IMG/VR virus record: IMGVR_UViG_3300044637_000715
DNA from: an uncultured virus (IMG/VR IMGVR_UViG_3300044637_000715)
Lineage: Duplodnaviria; Heunggongvirae; Uroviricota; Caudoviricetes
Reading direction: 5' to 3' (one strand)
DNA length: 20,000 nucleotides
Shown: positions 8,373 to 16,992 of the stretch, piece after piece
Layout: each line of letters begins with the position of its first letter
How positions within the stretch are numbered: position 1 is the stretch's first letter
Notes under the pieces: generated by a model
What the model saw: the letters and a program-made list of their open reading frames with translations, nothing else
The model's database searches: none
What the model was told of the DNA's origin: nothing
Program-made: the position numbers and the translations under genes

Positions 8373-9803
8373 ATGCAAATGTTCAACGCAGAACATCTGC
8401 AGGAGAAGTGGGCACCACTCCTTGACTATCAGGGACTCGATTCGATCAAAGATTCGCATCGTAGAATGGTAACCGCAGTTCTCCTGGAGAATCAAGAAAA
8501 ATTCCTTCGTGAGGAAAGAGATTTCCTCGGTGAAGGTTCCACAACTGGTTCAACCAGTAACACTGCTGGTTTCTCTGGTGGTGCAGTAGCAGGTGGTCCA
8601 GTAGCAGGTTTCGACCCTGTTCTGATTTCACTCATCCGTCGTTCAATGCCTAACTTGGTCGCATATGACCTCGCAGGTGTTCAACCAATGAACGGTCCTA
8701 CAGGACTCATCTTCGCAATGCGTTCACGTTATACCAGTCAAACTAATGCTGAAGCATTCTTTGATGAAGTTGATTCACAGTTCTCTGGCAGAAAGGGCAA
8801 CCAATCCCAGTATGCTGTCAATCCTGGTGTTGAAGCAAACGTAGGTTTCGGTACTACTGCTTCACAAACTGGTAGCAACCCTGGTCTTTTAAATGCTGCT
8901 GGTACTTCACAGCAAAGTTATAACGTTGGTGGTGGTATGTCCACTGCTGATGCAGAAATACTTGGTGCATCAGGTCAAGAAAGCTTTAACGAAATGGCAT
9001 TCTCAATCGAGAAAGTCACCGTTACTGCAAAGTCAAGAGCACTCAAGGCTGAATACTCACTGGAACTCGCACAAGACCTCAAGGCAATCCACGGTCTGAA
9101 TGCTGAAGCGGAATTAGCAAACATTCTCTCAACAGAGATTCTTGCTGAAATCAACCGTGAAGTTATTCGTACTATCTACAAGACTGCTGAATCTGGTGCT
9201 CAGTTCAACACTGCTACTGCTGGTACTTTTGACCTCGACATCGACTCCAACGGTCGTTGGTCGGTTGAGAAGTTCAAGGGTCTTATCTTCCAAATCGAGC
9301 GTGATGCTAACGCAATCGCACAAAGAACTCGTCGTGGAAAGGGCAACATCATCATGTGTTCTTCGGATGTTGCTTCTGCACTTTCAATGGCTGGTCTCCT
9401 TGACTACACTCCTGCACTCAATGCAAACCTTAACGTAGATGATACTGGCAATACTTTTGCTGGTGTTCTCAACGGTAAGTATAAAGTTTACATCGACCCA
9501 TATTCGGGTGGTGCTGGCAACCCAGCAACTGGTGCAACTGGTGGTCAATACTACGTTGTCGGTTATAAGGGTTCTTCCCCTTATGATGCAGGTCTCTTCT
9601 ATTGTCCTTATGTTCCTCTCCAAATGGTTCGTGCCGTTGGTGAGAACACCTTCCAACCAAAAATTGGATTCAAGACCCGTTATGGTCTTGTTGCCAACCC
9701 ATTTGCAGAAGGTAAGTCGTCTGGTGTTGAGACCAACCTTGGTCGTATTCAGACCAACTCAAACCGTTACTACAGAAGAGTACAAGTCCAAAATCTTATG
9801 TGA
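8373..9803 (+). CDS. g23: Major capsid protein gp23
   Basis: KWAPLLD, FDPVLISLIRRSMPNL, GVQPMNGPTGLIFAMR, KSRALKAEYSLELAQDLKAIHGL, FYCPYVPLQM and QPKIGFKTRYG motifs; GAGGT ribosome-binding site. Confidence 0.99.
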   Translation: MQMFNAEHLQEKWAPLLDYQGLDSIKDSHRRMVTAVLLENQEKFLREERDFLGEGSTTGSTSNTAGFSGGAVAGGPVAGFDPVLISLIRRSMPNLVAYDLAGVQPMNGPTGLIFAMRSRYTSQTNAEAFFDEVDSQFSGRKGNQSQYAVNPGVEANVGFGTTASQTGSNPGLLNAAGTSQQSYNVGGGMSTADAEILGASGQESFNEMAFSIEKVTVTAKSRALKAEYSLELAQDLKAIHGLNAEAELANILSTEILAEINREVIRTIYKTAESGAQFNTATAGTFDLDIDSNGRWSVEKFKGLIFQIERDANAIAQRTRRGKGNIIMCSSDVASALSMAGLLDYTPALNANLNVDDTGNTFAGVLNGKYKVYIDPYSGGAGNPATGATGGQYYVVGYKGSSPYDAGLFYCPYVPLQMVRAVGENTFQPKIGFKTRYGLVANPFAEGKSSGVETNLGRIQTNSNRYYRRVQVQNLM

Positions 9804-9823
9804 GTTTCTTTTCACATTTTTCG

Positions 9824-9848
9824 AGGGTCCGAAAGGACCCTTTTTTTA
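9824..9848 (+). terminator. Rho-independent terminator after g23
   Basis: Stem AGGGTCC / GGACCCT with a GAAA (GNRA) tetraloop, followed by a T run. Confidence 0.92.
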
Positions 9849-9852
9849 TGCC

Positions 9853-9860
9853 TATAAATA
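9853..9860 (+). promoter_or_regulatory. T4-type late promoter TATAAATA for g3-uvsY
   Basis: Exact consensus immediately after the terminator, 9 nt upstream of the g3 ATG. Confidence 0.8.
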
Positions 9861-9869
9861 AAAATAAAA

Positions 9870-10412
9870 ATGGCTTCACCCTCGTTATCAAATCAAATTG
9901 GAAACAAAAATTACTTATCTCCATTAGGATTTAAGTTTGTTCTATCAAAATATCCAAAAATTGATTTCTTTTCCAATTCAGCAGAAATACCTGGAATTAA
10001 TCTTGGGGTAGCAGTTCAACCAACTTACTTGAAGGATATTCCAATTCCTGGTGACAAAATTACCTATGATGATTTTAATTTAAAATTTTTTGTTGATGAA
10101 AATTTAGAAAATTATCTTCAAGTTCATAACTGGATAAGAGGTCTTGGATATCCAGAAAGTGTTGCTGAATATCAAGAATTTCTCAATCAAGACCCATACA
10201 ATCCAGGAGTTCAAGACGCATCTGCGGGTCAATCTGATGGAAGTTTAATCATTTACAACAGCAATTATAATCCAGTAGCAACAGTTAGTTTTAAAGGTTT
10301 ATTTCCAACATCACTTTCTACAATTAATTTTGATGCCACTAACACTGAAGTCCAATATGTTACGGCTCAAGTAAATTTCAAGTATACTTTATATGATATA
10401 ACAACTTATTGA
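9870..10412 (+). CDS. g3: Tail completion / tail tube terminator protein gp3
   Basis: NYLSPLGFKF, IPGINLG, PGDKITYDDF..F.VDENLENY..HNW and FPTSLS motifs; g23-g3-uvsY-uvsW synteny. Confidence 0.88.
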   Translation: MASPSLSNQIGNKNYLSPLGFKFVLSKYPKIDFFSNSAEIPGINLGVAVQPTYLKDIPIPGDKITYDDFNLKFFVDENLENYLQVHNWIRGLGYPESVAEYQEFLNQDPYNPGVQDASAGQSDGSLIIYNSNYNPVATVSFKGLFPTSLSTINFDATNTEVQYVTAQVNFKYTLYDITTY

Positions 10413-10416
10413 AATT

Positions 10417-10845
10417 ATGAACCTTGATGAAATTCAATCATTATGGGAGCAAGATTCGATTATAGACCAAGACAATTTACACGATGAGTCTATTAAAATA
10501 CCTGCTCTTCATGCAAAATATTATAAAATTTACAATAACATTCTTCTTCTTCGAAAACTAGAAGAAAATAAATATAAGATTTTAAAAAAAGAAAAATGGA
10601 TGTATTACTCTGGTAAAGCAGAACCAGATGTATATAAAGAAAATCCATTCGACCATAAGGTCTTAAAACCAGATATAGATAAGTATATGGATGCTGATGA
10701 AGACTTAATTAAGTCAGCATCCAAAATAGATTACTACCAAACAATGCTTAGTTATTTGGAAAGTATATTAAAGACAATCTTAAATAGAACTTACCAAATA
10801 AAAAATGCTATTGAATATATGAGATTTACGGCAGGATATGGCTAA
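10417..10845 (+). CDS. uvsY: Recombination mediator UvsY
   Basis: W..DS.ID, IPALHAKY, YYSGKA, YMDAD and RTYQIKNAIEYMRF motifs; size and position fit. Confidence 0.9.
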   Translation: MNLDEIQSLWEQDSIIDQDNLHDESIKIPALHAKYYKIYNNILLLRKLEENKYKILKKEKWMYYSGKAEPDVYKENPFDHKVLKPDIDKYMDADEDLIKSASKIDYYQTMLSYLESILKTILNRTYQIKNAIEYMRFTAGYG

Positions 10846-10903
10846 TATTATTATAAATAATATGGGATGGAAATATGTTTTATGTCTGTTATATACAAAA
10901 TAA
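10838..10903 (+). pseudogene. Orphan N-terminal remnant of uvsW (MANIII...) running into a 21-codon mini-ORF
   Basis: The ATG at 10838 overlaps the uvsY 3' end and reads MANIIINNMGWKYVLCLLYTK*. The first six residues parallel 'SSHIIIK' at the conserved start of UvsW, 696 nt downstream. Confidence 0.5.
10852..10859 (+). promoter_or_regulatory. T4-type late promoter TATAAATA for the GIY-YIG gene
   Basis: Exact consensus 22 nt upstream of the ATG at 10882, embedded in the inverted repeat ATATTATT-ATA-AATAATAT (10845-10863). Confidence 0.75.
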
Positions 10904-11535
10904 CAAATACTTTAAATCAAAAATTTTATATAGGATTCACAAGTCAAAAAAATCCAAAATGTAGATTTAATCAGCATTTGTCAACTGCTCGTTCAAAGAA
11001 AAAAAATAATCAACCAATTATTAAAGCAATAAGAAAATATGGTGAAGAAAATTTTTCTTTTGAAATTATATTGGAAGGTGAAGAAATATTTTTATTAAAT
11101 GTGGAAGAACCAAGATTAATTAAAGAATTGAATCCAGAATATAATGCGACTTTTGGTGGTGAAGGGACTTTGGGATATAAGCACACAAAGGAAACAAAAA
11201 TGAAATGTGCCTTATCTATGTTAGGAAAAAAAGAAAGTGAAGAGCATAAAAAATGGAGAAGTAGAAAAGTAAAAGATGGATGGAAAAATCAAACCAAAGA
11301 GAAAAAAATACAAATATCAAATAAAAAATTAGAATCTAATAGTCAAAAAATTCAAATTGAAGTTGAAGGAATAAAATTTAAAAGTATAAATGAAGCTGCC
11401 AGATGGGCAGTAGATAAATACAGTATAGGACGAAATACTGCAATAAGATATATTAAAGAAGGTCGTTCATTTTCTAATAAAAAATTATTGAATTATAATT
11501 ATAATGGAACATATAAAGGGTCAAAATATCTCTAG
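10882..11535 (+). mobile_element. Free-standing GIY-YIG homing endonuclease gene (Seg-like) with NUMOD3-like and HTH-like C-terminal modules
   Basis: MSVIYKITNTLNQKFYIG (GIY-YIG), R..QH, AIRKYGEENF, catalytic-like E and YN..GG, then KHTKETK / KKESEEHK repeats and FKSINEAAR. Visibly more A-rich than neighbours. Probable start 10882 (alternative 10867). Confidence 0.92.
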
Positions 11536-13000
11536 CAGTCATATAATCATCAAAAAGAAAAATGAAATTTATTTAGAAGTTATTTGTAGTGAAGAATACA
11601 TAAGATGCGAATTGAGAGATTATTTTAAATTTGAAGTTCCAAATGCCCGTTTTATGCCCCAATATCGCAGTAAATATTGGAATGGAGAAATTCATTTATT
11701 TGATACGAGGGACAATACAATCTATGTTGGTCTTTTGGATAAACTAGTTGCTTGGGCTAAAAACTGTGAATATACAGTAGAGTTTAAAGACAATAAGTTT
11801 TATGGTTCTCCATTTGAGGAGAATGAGATGATTTCTATGGAAGGTGTCTCTGATTATATGAAAAGTATATCAAGACACGAACCAAGAGATTATCAAATAA
11901 CTGCTGTGTATGATGCTTTAAGGTATAATCGTAAACTTTTAATTTCTCCAACTGCTTCTGGTAAGTCTTTGATGATTTACTCAATTGTTAGATATTTTGT
12001 AGAAAAAGAACATAATATTTTACTGATTGTTCCTACTACTTCATTAGTAGAACAAATGTATAAAGACTTTGATGATTATGGGTGGAATGCCGAAGAGTAT
12101 TGTCATAAGATTTACTCTGGTAAAGAAAAGACTACAAATAAAAATGTAGTGATTACAACCTGGCAATCAATTTATAATCTTCCTAGGTCTTTCTTTGAGA
12201 AATTTGATGTAGTGATTGGAGATGAGGCACACCAATTTAAGTCTAAGTCTTTGGTTGGTATTATGACGAAAATGGATAACGCAAAGTATCGTTTTGGGTT
12301 CACAGGTACTTTGGATGGTTCGCAGACTCACAAGTGGGTTCTAGAAGGTTTATTCGGTCCCTCATACAAGGTTACACAGACAAAAGAACTGATTGAAAAA
12401 GGTTATTTGTCAAAACTACAAATTAAAGTTCTGTTATTGAAACATAACGAACATCAATTTAATGAATATGAAGATGAAATACAATATTTAATCTCTCACG
12501 ATAAAAGAAATAAGTTTATTAAAAACTTATCTTTAGATTTAAAAGGAAATACTTTAATTCTTTATAGTCGTGTTGAAACTCACGGACAACCTTTATATGA
12601 GATGATAAATAGTTCAGCAGCAAAAGATAGAAAAATATTTTTTGTCTACGGTGGTGTGGATGCTGAAGAAAGAGAAAAGGTAAGGGAAATTACCGAAAAA
12701 GAAAACGATGCGATTATTGTTGCATCTTATGGAACATTTAGTACTGGCATTAATATTAAAAATCTTCATAATATTGTCTTTGCTAGTCCAAGTAAATCAA
12801 GAGTAAGAAATTTACAATCTATAGGTAGAATTCTTCGTAAAGGAGAAAATAAGAATAAAGCAATTCTTTATGATATTGCAGACGATATTACTTACAAATC
12901 AAAAAAGAATTACACTTTAAATCATTTAATTGAAAGAATTAAGATTTATAATGAAGAAAAGTTTAATTATGAAATTATACAACTAGACTTTAAGAAATAA
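11504..13000 (+). CDS. uvsW: SF2 DNA/RNA-DNA helicase UvsW
   Basis: PRDYQ, SPTASGKS (Walker A), DEAH, GFTGT, ASYGTFSTGINI and LQSIGRILR motifs. The first in-frame ATG lies inside the endonuclease gene (32-nt overlap). Confidence 0.96.
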   Translation: MEHIKGQNISSSHIIIKKKNEIYLEVICSEEYIRCELRDYFKFEVPNARFMPQYRSKYWNGEIHLFDTRDNTIYVGLLDKLVAWAKNCEYTVEFKDNKFYGSPFEENEMISMEGVSDYMKSISRHEPRDYQITAVYDALRYNRKLLISPTASGKSLMIYSIVRYFVEKEHNILLIVPTTSLVEQMYKDFDDYGWNAEEYCHKIYSGKEKTTNKNVVITTWQSIYNLPRSFFEKFDVVIGDEAHQFKSKSLVGIMTKMDNAKYRFGFTGTLDGSQTHKWVLEGLFGPSYKVTQTKELIEKGYLSKLQIKVLLLKHNEHQFNEYEDEIQYLISHDKRNKFIKNLSLDLKGNTLILYSRVETHGQPLYEMINSSAAKDRKIFFVYGGVDAEEREKVREITEKENDAIIVASYGTFSTGINIKNLHNIVFASPSKSRVRNLQSIGRILRKGENKNKAILYDIADDITYKSKKNYTLNHLIERIKIYNEEKFNYEIIQLDFKK

Positions 13001-13390
13001 ATGGAAGAAGATTTTTATGCTATCATTAAATTAGTATCAGGTGAGGAAATACTTTCAAAAGTTTGTCCTTGTGATGAAGACGATAGGATTGTGTTAATTT
13101 TAGATAATCCTATTACTATGGAATCCATAACTATTCGTCAACTTGGAATATCAACTATCAAAGTAAGTCCTTGGATAAAGTTTGCTGATGACAGTATGTT
13201 TGTGATGGATATGGAAAAAGTTATAACGATGACTGAAATAACGGATGAAGATTTAATTAAAATGCATCAAAAGTTTGTTAGAGAGAAGAATAAAAAATCC
13301 AATAAAAGTGAACTGACTTCTAAAATGGGTTACTTATCCTCAATTGCTGATGCCAGAATATCTTTAGAGAAACTCTACAAATCTATTTAA
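13001..13390 (+). CDS. Conserved hypothetical protein, probably Sm-like fold (129 aa)
   Basis: IKLVSGEEILSKV...LDNPI...SPWIKF pattern; abuts the uvsW stop; occupies the uvsW-g55 position typical of cyanomyoviruses. Confidence 0.7.
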   Translation: MEEDFYAIIKLVSGEEILSKVCPCDEDDRIVLILDNPITMESITIRQLGISTIKVSPWIKFADDSMFVMDMEKVITMTEITDEDLIKMHQKFVREKNKKSNKSELTSKMGYLSSIADARISLEKLYKSI

Positions 13391-13422
13391 AGATATAACT
13401 TATCTTCAACCCTAACAGAGTG

Positions 13423-13451
13423 ATTATAGACACATTCTTTATAGTTGTCAA
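13423..13451 (-). promoter_or_regulatory. Perfect sigma70-type promoter on the minus strand (TTGACA-N17-TATAAT)
   Basis: The reverse complement of 13423-13451 reads TTGACA actataaagaatgtgtc TATAAT. Confidence 0.8.
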
Positions 13452-13474
13452 CTATTGCTATTATGTGTTATAAT
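13445..13474 (+). promoter_or_regulatory. Sigma70-type early promoter for g55 (TTGTCA-N18-TATAAT, extended -10 TGn)
   Basis: TTGTCA at 13445-13450, TG at 13466-13467, TATAAT at 13469-13474, followed by AAGGA and the ATG at 13493. Confidence 0.75.
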
Positions 13475-13492
13475 AAGGAAAAGTAATCAGTT

Positions 13493-13978
13493 ATGTTAAA
13501 TTCAAAAATGAATAAAGTAAAGAAAAATCCACATTATGTAAATAATAAAGATTTTCACGATGCTTTGATAAATTATAAAATTAAAGTCAATCAAGCAAAG
13601 GAAAAGGGATTACCAAATCCGATTATTCCCAATTATCTTGGTGACTGTTTTTTGAAAATTGCTACACATTTATCATATCGTCCAAACTTTGTGAACTATA
13701 TGTTTCGTGAAGATATGATTTCTGATGGGGTTGAAAATTGCGTTCAGTATATTAATAACTTTGATGTAGAACGTACTAATCCATTTGCGTATTTTACACA
13801 GATTGTCTATTATGCATTCTTACGTCGTATTCAAAAAGAAAAAAGACAGATGGAAATCAAAGAAAAAATTCTTGAAAAGAGTGGATTCGACCAAGTTTTT
13901 TCTGTAGATGGTGATGCATTTAGTTCTTCTGATTACAATACGATTAAAGAAAATATTCAAATTAAACTATATCAATGA
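13493..13978 (+). CDS. g55: Late transcription sigma factor gp55
   Basis: HYVNNKDF, YLGDCFLKIATHLSYRPNFVNY, EDMISDGVENC and NPFAYFTQI.YYAFLRRIQKEK motifs. Confidence 0.96.
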   Translation: MLNSKMNKVKKNPHYVNNKDFHDALINYKIKVNQAKEKGLPNPIIPNYLGDCFLKIATHLSYRPNFVNYMFREDMISDGVENCVQYINNFDVERTNPFAYFTQIVYYAFLRRIQKEKRQMEIKEKILEKSGFDQVFSVDGDAFSSSDYNTIKENIQIKLYQ

Positions 13979-15018
13979 AAATTGGATTAATTACAGATAC
14001 TCATTATAATTTTAGAAAGGCAAATAAACCATTTCACGAATATTTTGCTAAATTTTATGATGAAATCTTTTTTCCTACATTAAAGAAAAACAAAATCAAA
14101 ACAGTCATTCATTTGGGTGATGCTTTTGATAGTCGTAAGGGTGTGGATTATTGGGCTCTCGATTGGGCAAAAGAAAATGTTTATGATAGATTTCAAGATT
14201 TAGGAATTACTGTTTATAATATTGTAGGAAATCATGATGCTTATTATAAAAATAGTAATGAAATTAATTCAATAGATACACTTCTTCAACAATATTTTAA
14301 TGTGGTTCGAGTTTCAAAACCAACAGAATATATCATTGAAGGAATGAAAACAGTTCTTCTTCCTTGGATATGTACTGATAATGAAAAAGAAACTTTTGAA
14401 CTTCTTGGAGAAACAGAAGCAAAAGTAGTTTTCGGTCATCTTGAACTGAATGGATTTACAGTTTATCCAGGACACGTTCATACAGAAGGACTAGATAAAA
14501 AAGTATTTCAAAAGTTTGATAGAGTTTATTCTGGACATTATCATACTCGTAGTGATGATGGCAAAATCTTTTATCTTGGAAATCCATACCAAATGTTTTG
14601 GAATGATGTAAATGATAAAAGAGGATTTCATATTTTTGATACAGATGATTATAAACTAGATTATTATCAAAATCCTCATACGATGTTTGAGAGAATTTAT
14701 TACGAAAATAATAATCCAAAGGATTTTGACGCATCACATTTAACCGATAAAATGGTTAAAATTGTTGTCCGTCAAAGAGATGATTATAAGATGTTTGATA
14801 AGTTTGTAGATTCAATAGTTAAAGTAAATCCATTAGAACTTAAAATTATTGAGAATATTGATGTCTATGATGAAGATGTAAATTGTGATGAAATTCCAAC
14901 AGAGGATACGTTAAGTATTTTGGATAAATATGTGGAAGAGTCTGAGTTTGAATTAGACAAAAATACGATTAAAAAACTCTTACGGGAATTTTATAAAGAA
15001 GCATTGGAAGTAGAATAA
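13975..15018 (+). CDS. g47: Recombination endonuclease subunit gp47 (Mre11/SbcD-like)
   Basis: Metallophosphoesterase motifs ITDTH, LGDAFD, GNHD, GHLE and SGHYH; ATGA overlap with g55. Confidence 0.95.
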   Translation: MKIGLITDTHYNFRKANKPFHEYFAKFYDEIFFPTLKKNKIKTVIHLGDAFDSRKGVDYWALDWAKENVYDRFQDLGITVYNIVGNHDAYYKNSNEINSIDTLLQQYFNVVRVSKPTEYIIEGMKTVLLPWICTDNEKETFELLGETEAKVVFGHLELNGFTVYPGHVHTEGLDKKVFQKFDRVYSGHYHTRSDDGKIFYLGNPYQMFWNDVNDKRGFHIFDTDDYKLDYYQNPHTMFERIYYENNNPKDFDASHLTDKMVKIVVRQRDDYKMFDKFVDSIVKVNPLELKIIENIDVYDEDVNCDEIPTEDTLSILDKYVEESEFELDKNTIKKLLREFYKEALEVE

Positions 15019-15305
15019 TGTTTTTACTCACTATCGCAGAAAAAGAAGAAGAAGGAGCATACGCAGTAGCCGATGAGAATGGTGAAAAAATATTGTATTT
15101 TTTTGAAGAAGAAGACGATGCGGAAAGATATGCTGGTCTTCTTCTGGCGGAAGATTATCCAGAAATGACGATAGTGGAAGTTGATGATGAAATGTCAATA
15201 AAAACTTGTGAGATGTATGGATATAATTATGTTATAATTACCTCAAATGAATTTGTGATACCACCAAGAGATTATGATACTATTCAAACAAATCGCATAT
15301 CGTAA
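15018..15305 (+). CDS. Small acidic conserved hypothetical protein between g47 and g46
   Basis: TAATG coupling to g47; EGAYAV...FEEEDDAERYA...VIPP; overlaps the g46 start. Confidence 0.75.
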   Translation: MFLLTIAEKEEEGAYAVADENGEKILYFFEEEDDAERYAGLLLAEDYPEMTIVEVDDEMSIKTCEMYGYNYVIITSNEFVIPPRDYDTIQTNRIS

Positions 15306-16992
15306 TTTTCTTTCTTCTGGAAATCAACCGACAGAAATAAAATTTACAGATACGCAAACTACTTTAATTGTCGGTGCTAATGGTTCAGGAAAGAGCACTA
15401 TGCTTGATGCTCTTTGTTTTGGATTATTTAATAAAGCATTTCGTAAAATTAATAAATCTCAATTAATCAATTCAACCAACGAAAAGGAATGTTTGGTTGA
15501 GATTGATTTTAGTATTGGAACAAAAGAATATAAAGTTAAAAGAGGAATTAAACCAAATATTTTTGAGATTTGGATTGATGGTGTTTTGCAAAATCAAGCA
15601 GCAGCATCTACAGACCAACAAAAACAATTAGAAGATGCTATTCTAAAATTGAACTATAAGTCATTTACTCAGATTGTAATTTTGGGTAGTGCTTCGTTTG
15701 TACCTTTTATGCAGTTGTCTACGGCAAATCGTAGAGAAGTTGTGGAAGATTTATTGGATATTAAAATCTTTTCTGCAATGAATGCAGTAATTAAAGATAG
15801 AATTAAAAATACAAATGATAAAATTAAAGAACTTTCTTTGAAGCAATCGATGACCGAGGAAAAGGTCGAGATGCAAAAAGAGTTTATTGAGAGTATTGAA
15901 AAAAGTGGTAAAGAAAATATAGAAAAGAAAAAAGATAAAATCACTTCTATTGCCACTTATATTGACCAATTAACAGCAGAGAACGTACAGAAGTTGGAGG
16001 AAGTATCAAATACTCTTCAACCCCAATTAGAGAACCTTTTGGACGCATCTAAGAAACTGAAACAACTTTCCAATTTAAAGGGTAAGATTTCTGAGAAAGT
16101 ATCAAGTATTACAGAGCAGCATAAATTTTTTATTAATAATTCGGTATGCCCTACTTGCACACAAACTATTGAGGATGAATTTCGATTAAATAAAGTAAGT
16201 GAAGCTGAATCCAAGGCAAAAGAACTTCAGCAAGGTTATAATGAACTAAAAGATGCAATTCAACAGGAGGAAAAAAGAGAAAGTGAATTTAATGTCGTTT
16301 CAAAAGAGATTAGTTCGTTAAACAATGAAATTTCTAACAACAATGTTAAAATTTCCCAACTTAATAAACAATCAAAAGACTTGGAACAGGAAATTCAAGA
16401 CATTACCAATAAAATTAAAAATAGAAATGTTGAACGAAAAGTATTAATAGGATTGGAAGAAACTTTGGATTTAATCCAAACGGAGAAAGCAAGGAATAAG
16501 GAAGATATTTCTTATTTTGATTTCGCACATTCTTTGATGAAAGACGGTGGAATTAAAGGTAAAATCATTAAAAAATATCTTCCTCTTATGAATCAGCAGA
16601 TTAATAAGTATCTGCAAATGATGGACTTTTATATCAATTTTACTCTTGATGAAGAATTTAATGAAAAAATTAAATCTCCTATTCATGAAGATTTTACATA
16701 TGAAAGTTTTAGTGAGGGAGAAAAAATGAGAATCAATCTTGCAATTTTGTTTACTTGGAGAGAAATTGCAAGAATGAAAAATTCAGTCAATACCAATCTT
16801 CTTATTTTGGATGAAGTGTTTGATAGTTCTTTGGATTTTATGGGAACAGACTATTTTACAAAAATTATTAAGTATGTTATAAAAGATACTAATATATTTG
16901 TAATTTCGCATAAGACAGACGAATTGATTGATAAATTTGACAAAGTTATAAAGTTTGATAAAATTAAAGGATTTAGTAAGGTAGTATTATGA
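15274..16992 (+). CDS. g46: Recombination ATPase subunit gp46 (Rad50/SbcC-like)
   Basis: Walker A GANGSGKS, coiled coil with CPTC zinc hook, FSEGEK signature, LLILDE Walker B, VISH. Confidence 0.96.
   Translation: MILFKQIAYRNFLSSGNQPTEIKFTDTQTTLIVGANGSGKSTMLDALCFGLFNKAFRKINKSQLINSTNEKECLVEIDFSIGTKEYKVKRGIKPNIFEIWIDGVLQNQAAASTDQQKQLEDAILKLNYKSFTQIVILGSASFVPFMQLSTANRREVVEDLLDIKIFSAMNAVIKDRIKNTNDKIKELSLKQSMTEEKVEMQKEFIESIEKSGKENIEKKKDKITSIATYIDQLTAENVQKLEEVSNTLQPQLENLLDASKKLKQLSNLKGKISEKVSSITEQHKFFINNSVCPTCTQTIEDEFRLNKVSEAESKAKELQQGYNELKDAIQQEEKRESEFNVVSKEISSLNNEISNNNVKISQLNKQSKDLEQEIQDITNKIKNRNVERKVLIGLEETLDLIQTEKARNKEDISYFDFAHSLMKDGGIKGKIIKKYLPLMNQQINKYLQMMDFYINFTLDEEFNEKIKSPIHEDFTYESFSEGEKMRINLAILFTWREIARMKNSVNTNLLILDEVFDSSLDFMGTDYFTKIIKYVIKDTNIFVISHKTDELIDKFDKVIKFDKIKGFSKVVL

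Noticed and set aside
9439..9861. Alternative-frame ORFs within g23, as a possible frameshifted capsid extension
   Set aside because: The open alternate frames are explained by g23's strong codon bias. No slippery site is evident near the g23 end, and the ORF runs through the terminator.
11413..11420. GATAAATA inside the endonuclease gene as a dedicated uvsW late promoter
   Set aside because: Similar boxes occur inside uvsY, uvsW and g47 coding sequence, so chance occurrence in AT-rich DNA is likely. Not excluded.
10856..11551. Group I intron or translational bypass joining MANIII to KKKNE of uvsW
   Set aside because: The insert is almost entirely endonuclease ORF, with under 30 nt of 5' flank and essentially no 3' flank, and I see no P7-type core motifs. 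About 700 nt is far longer than the 50-nt T4 gene 60 bypass. RT-PCR would settle it.
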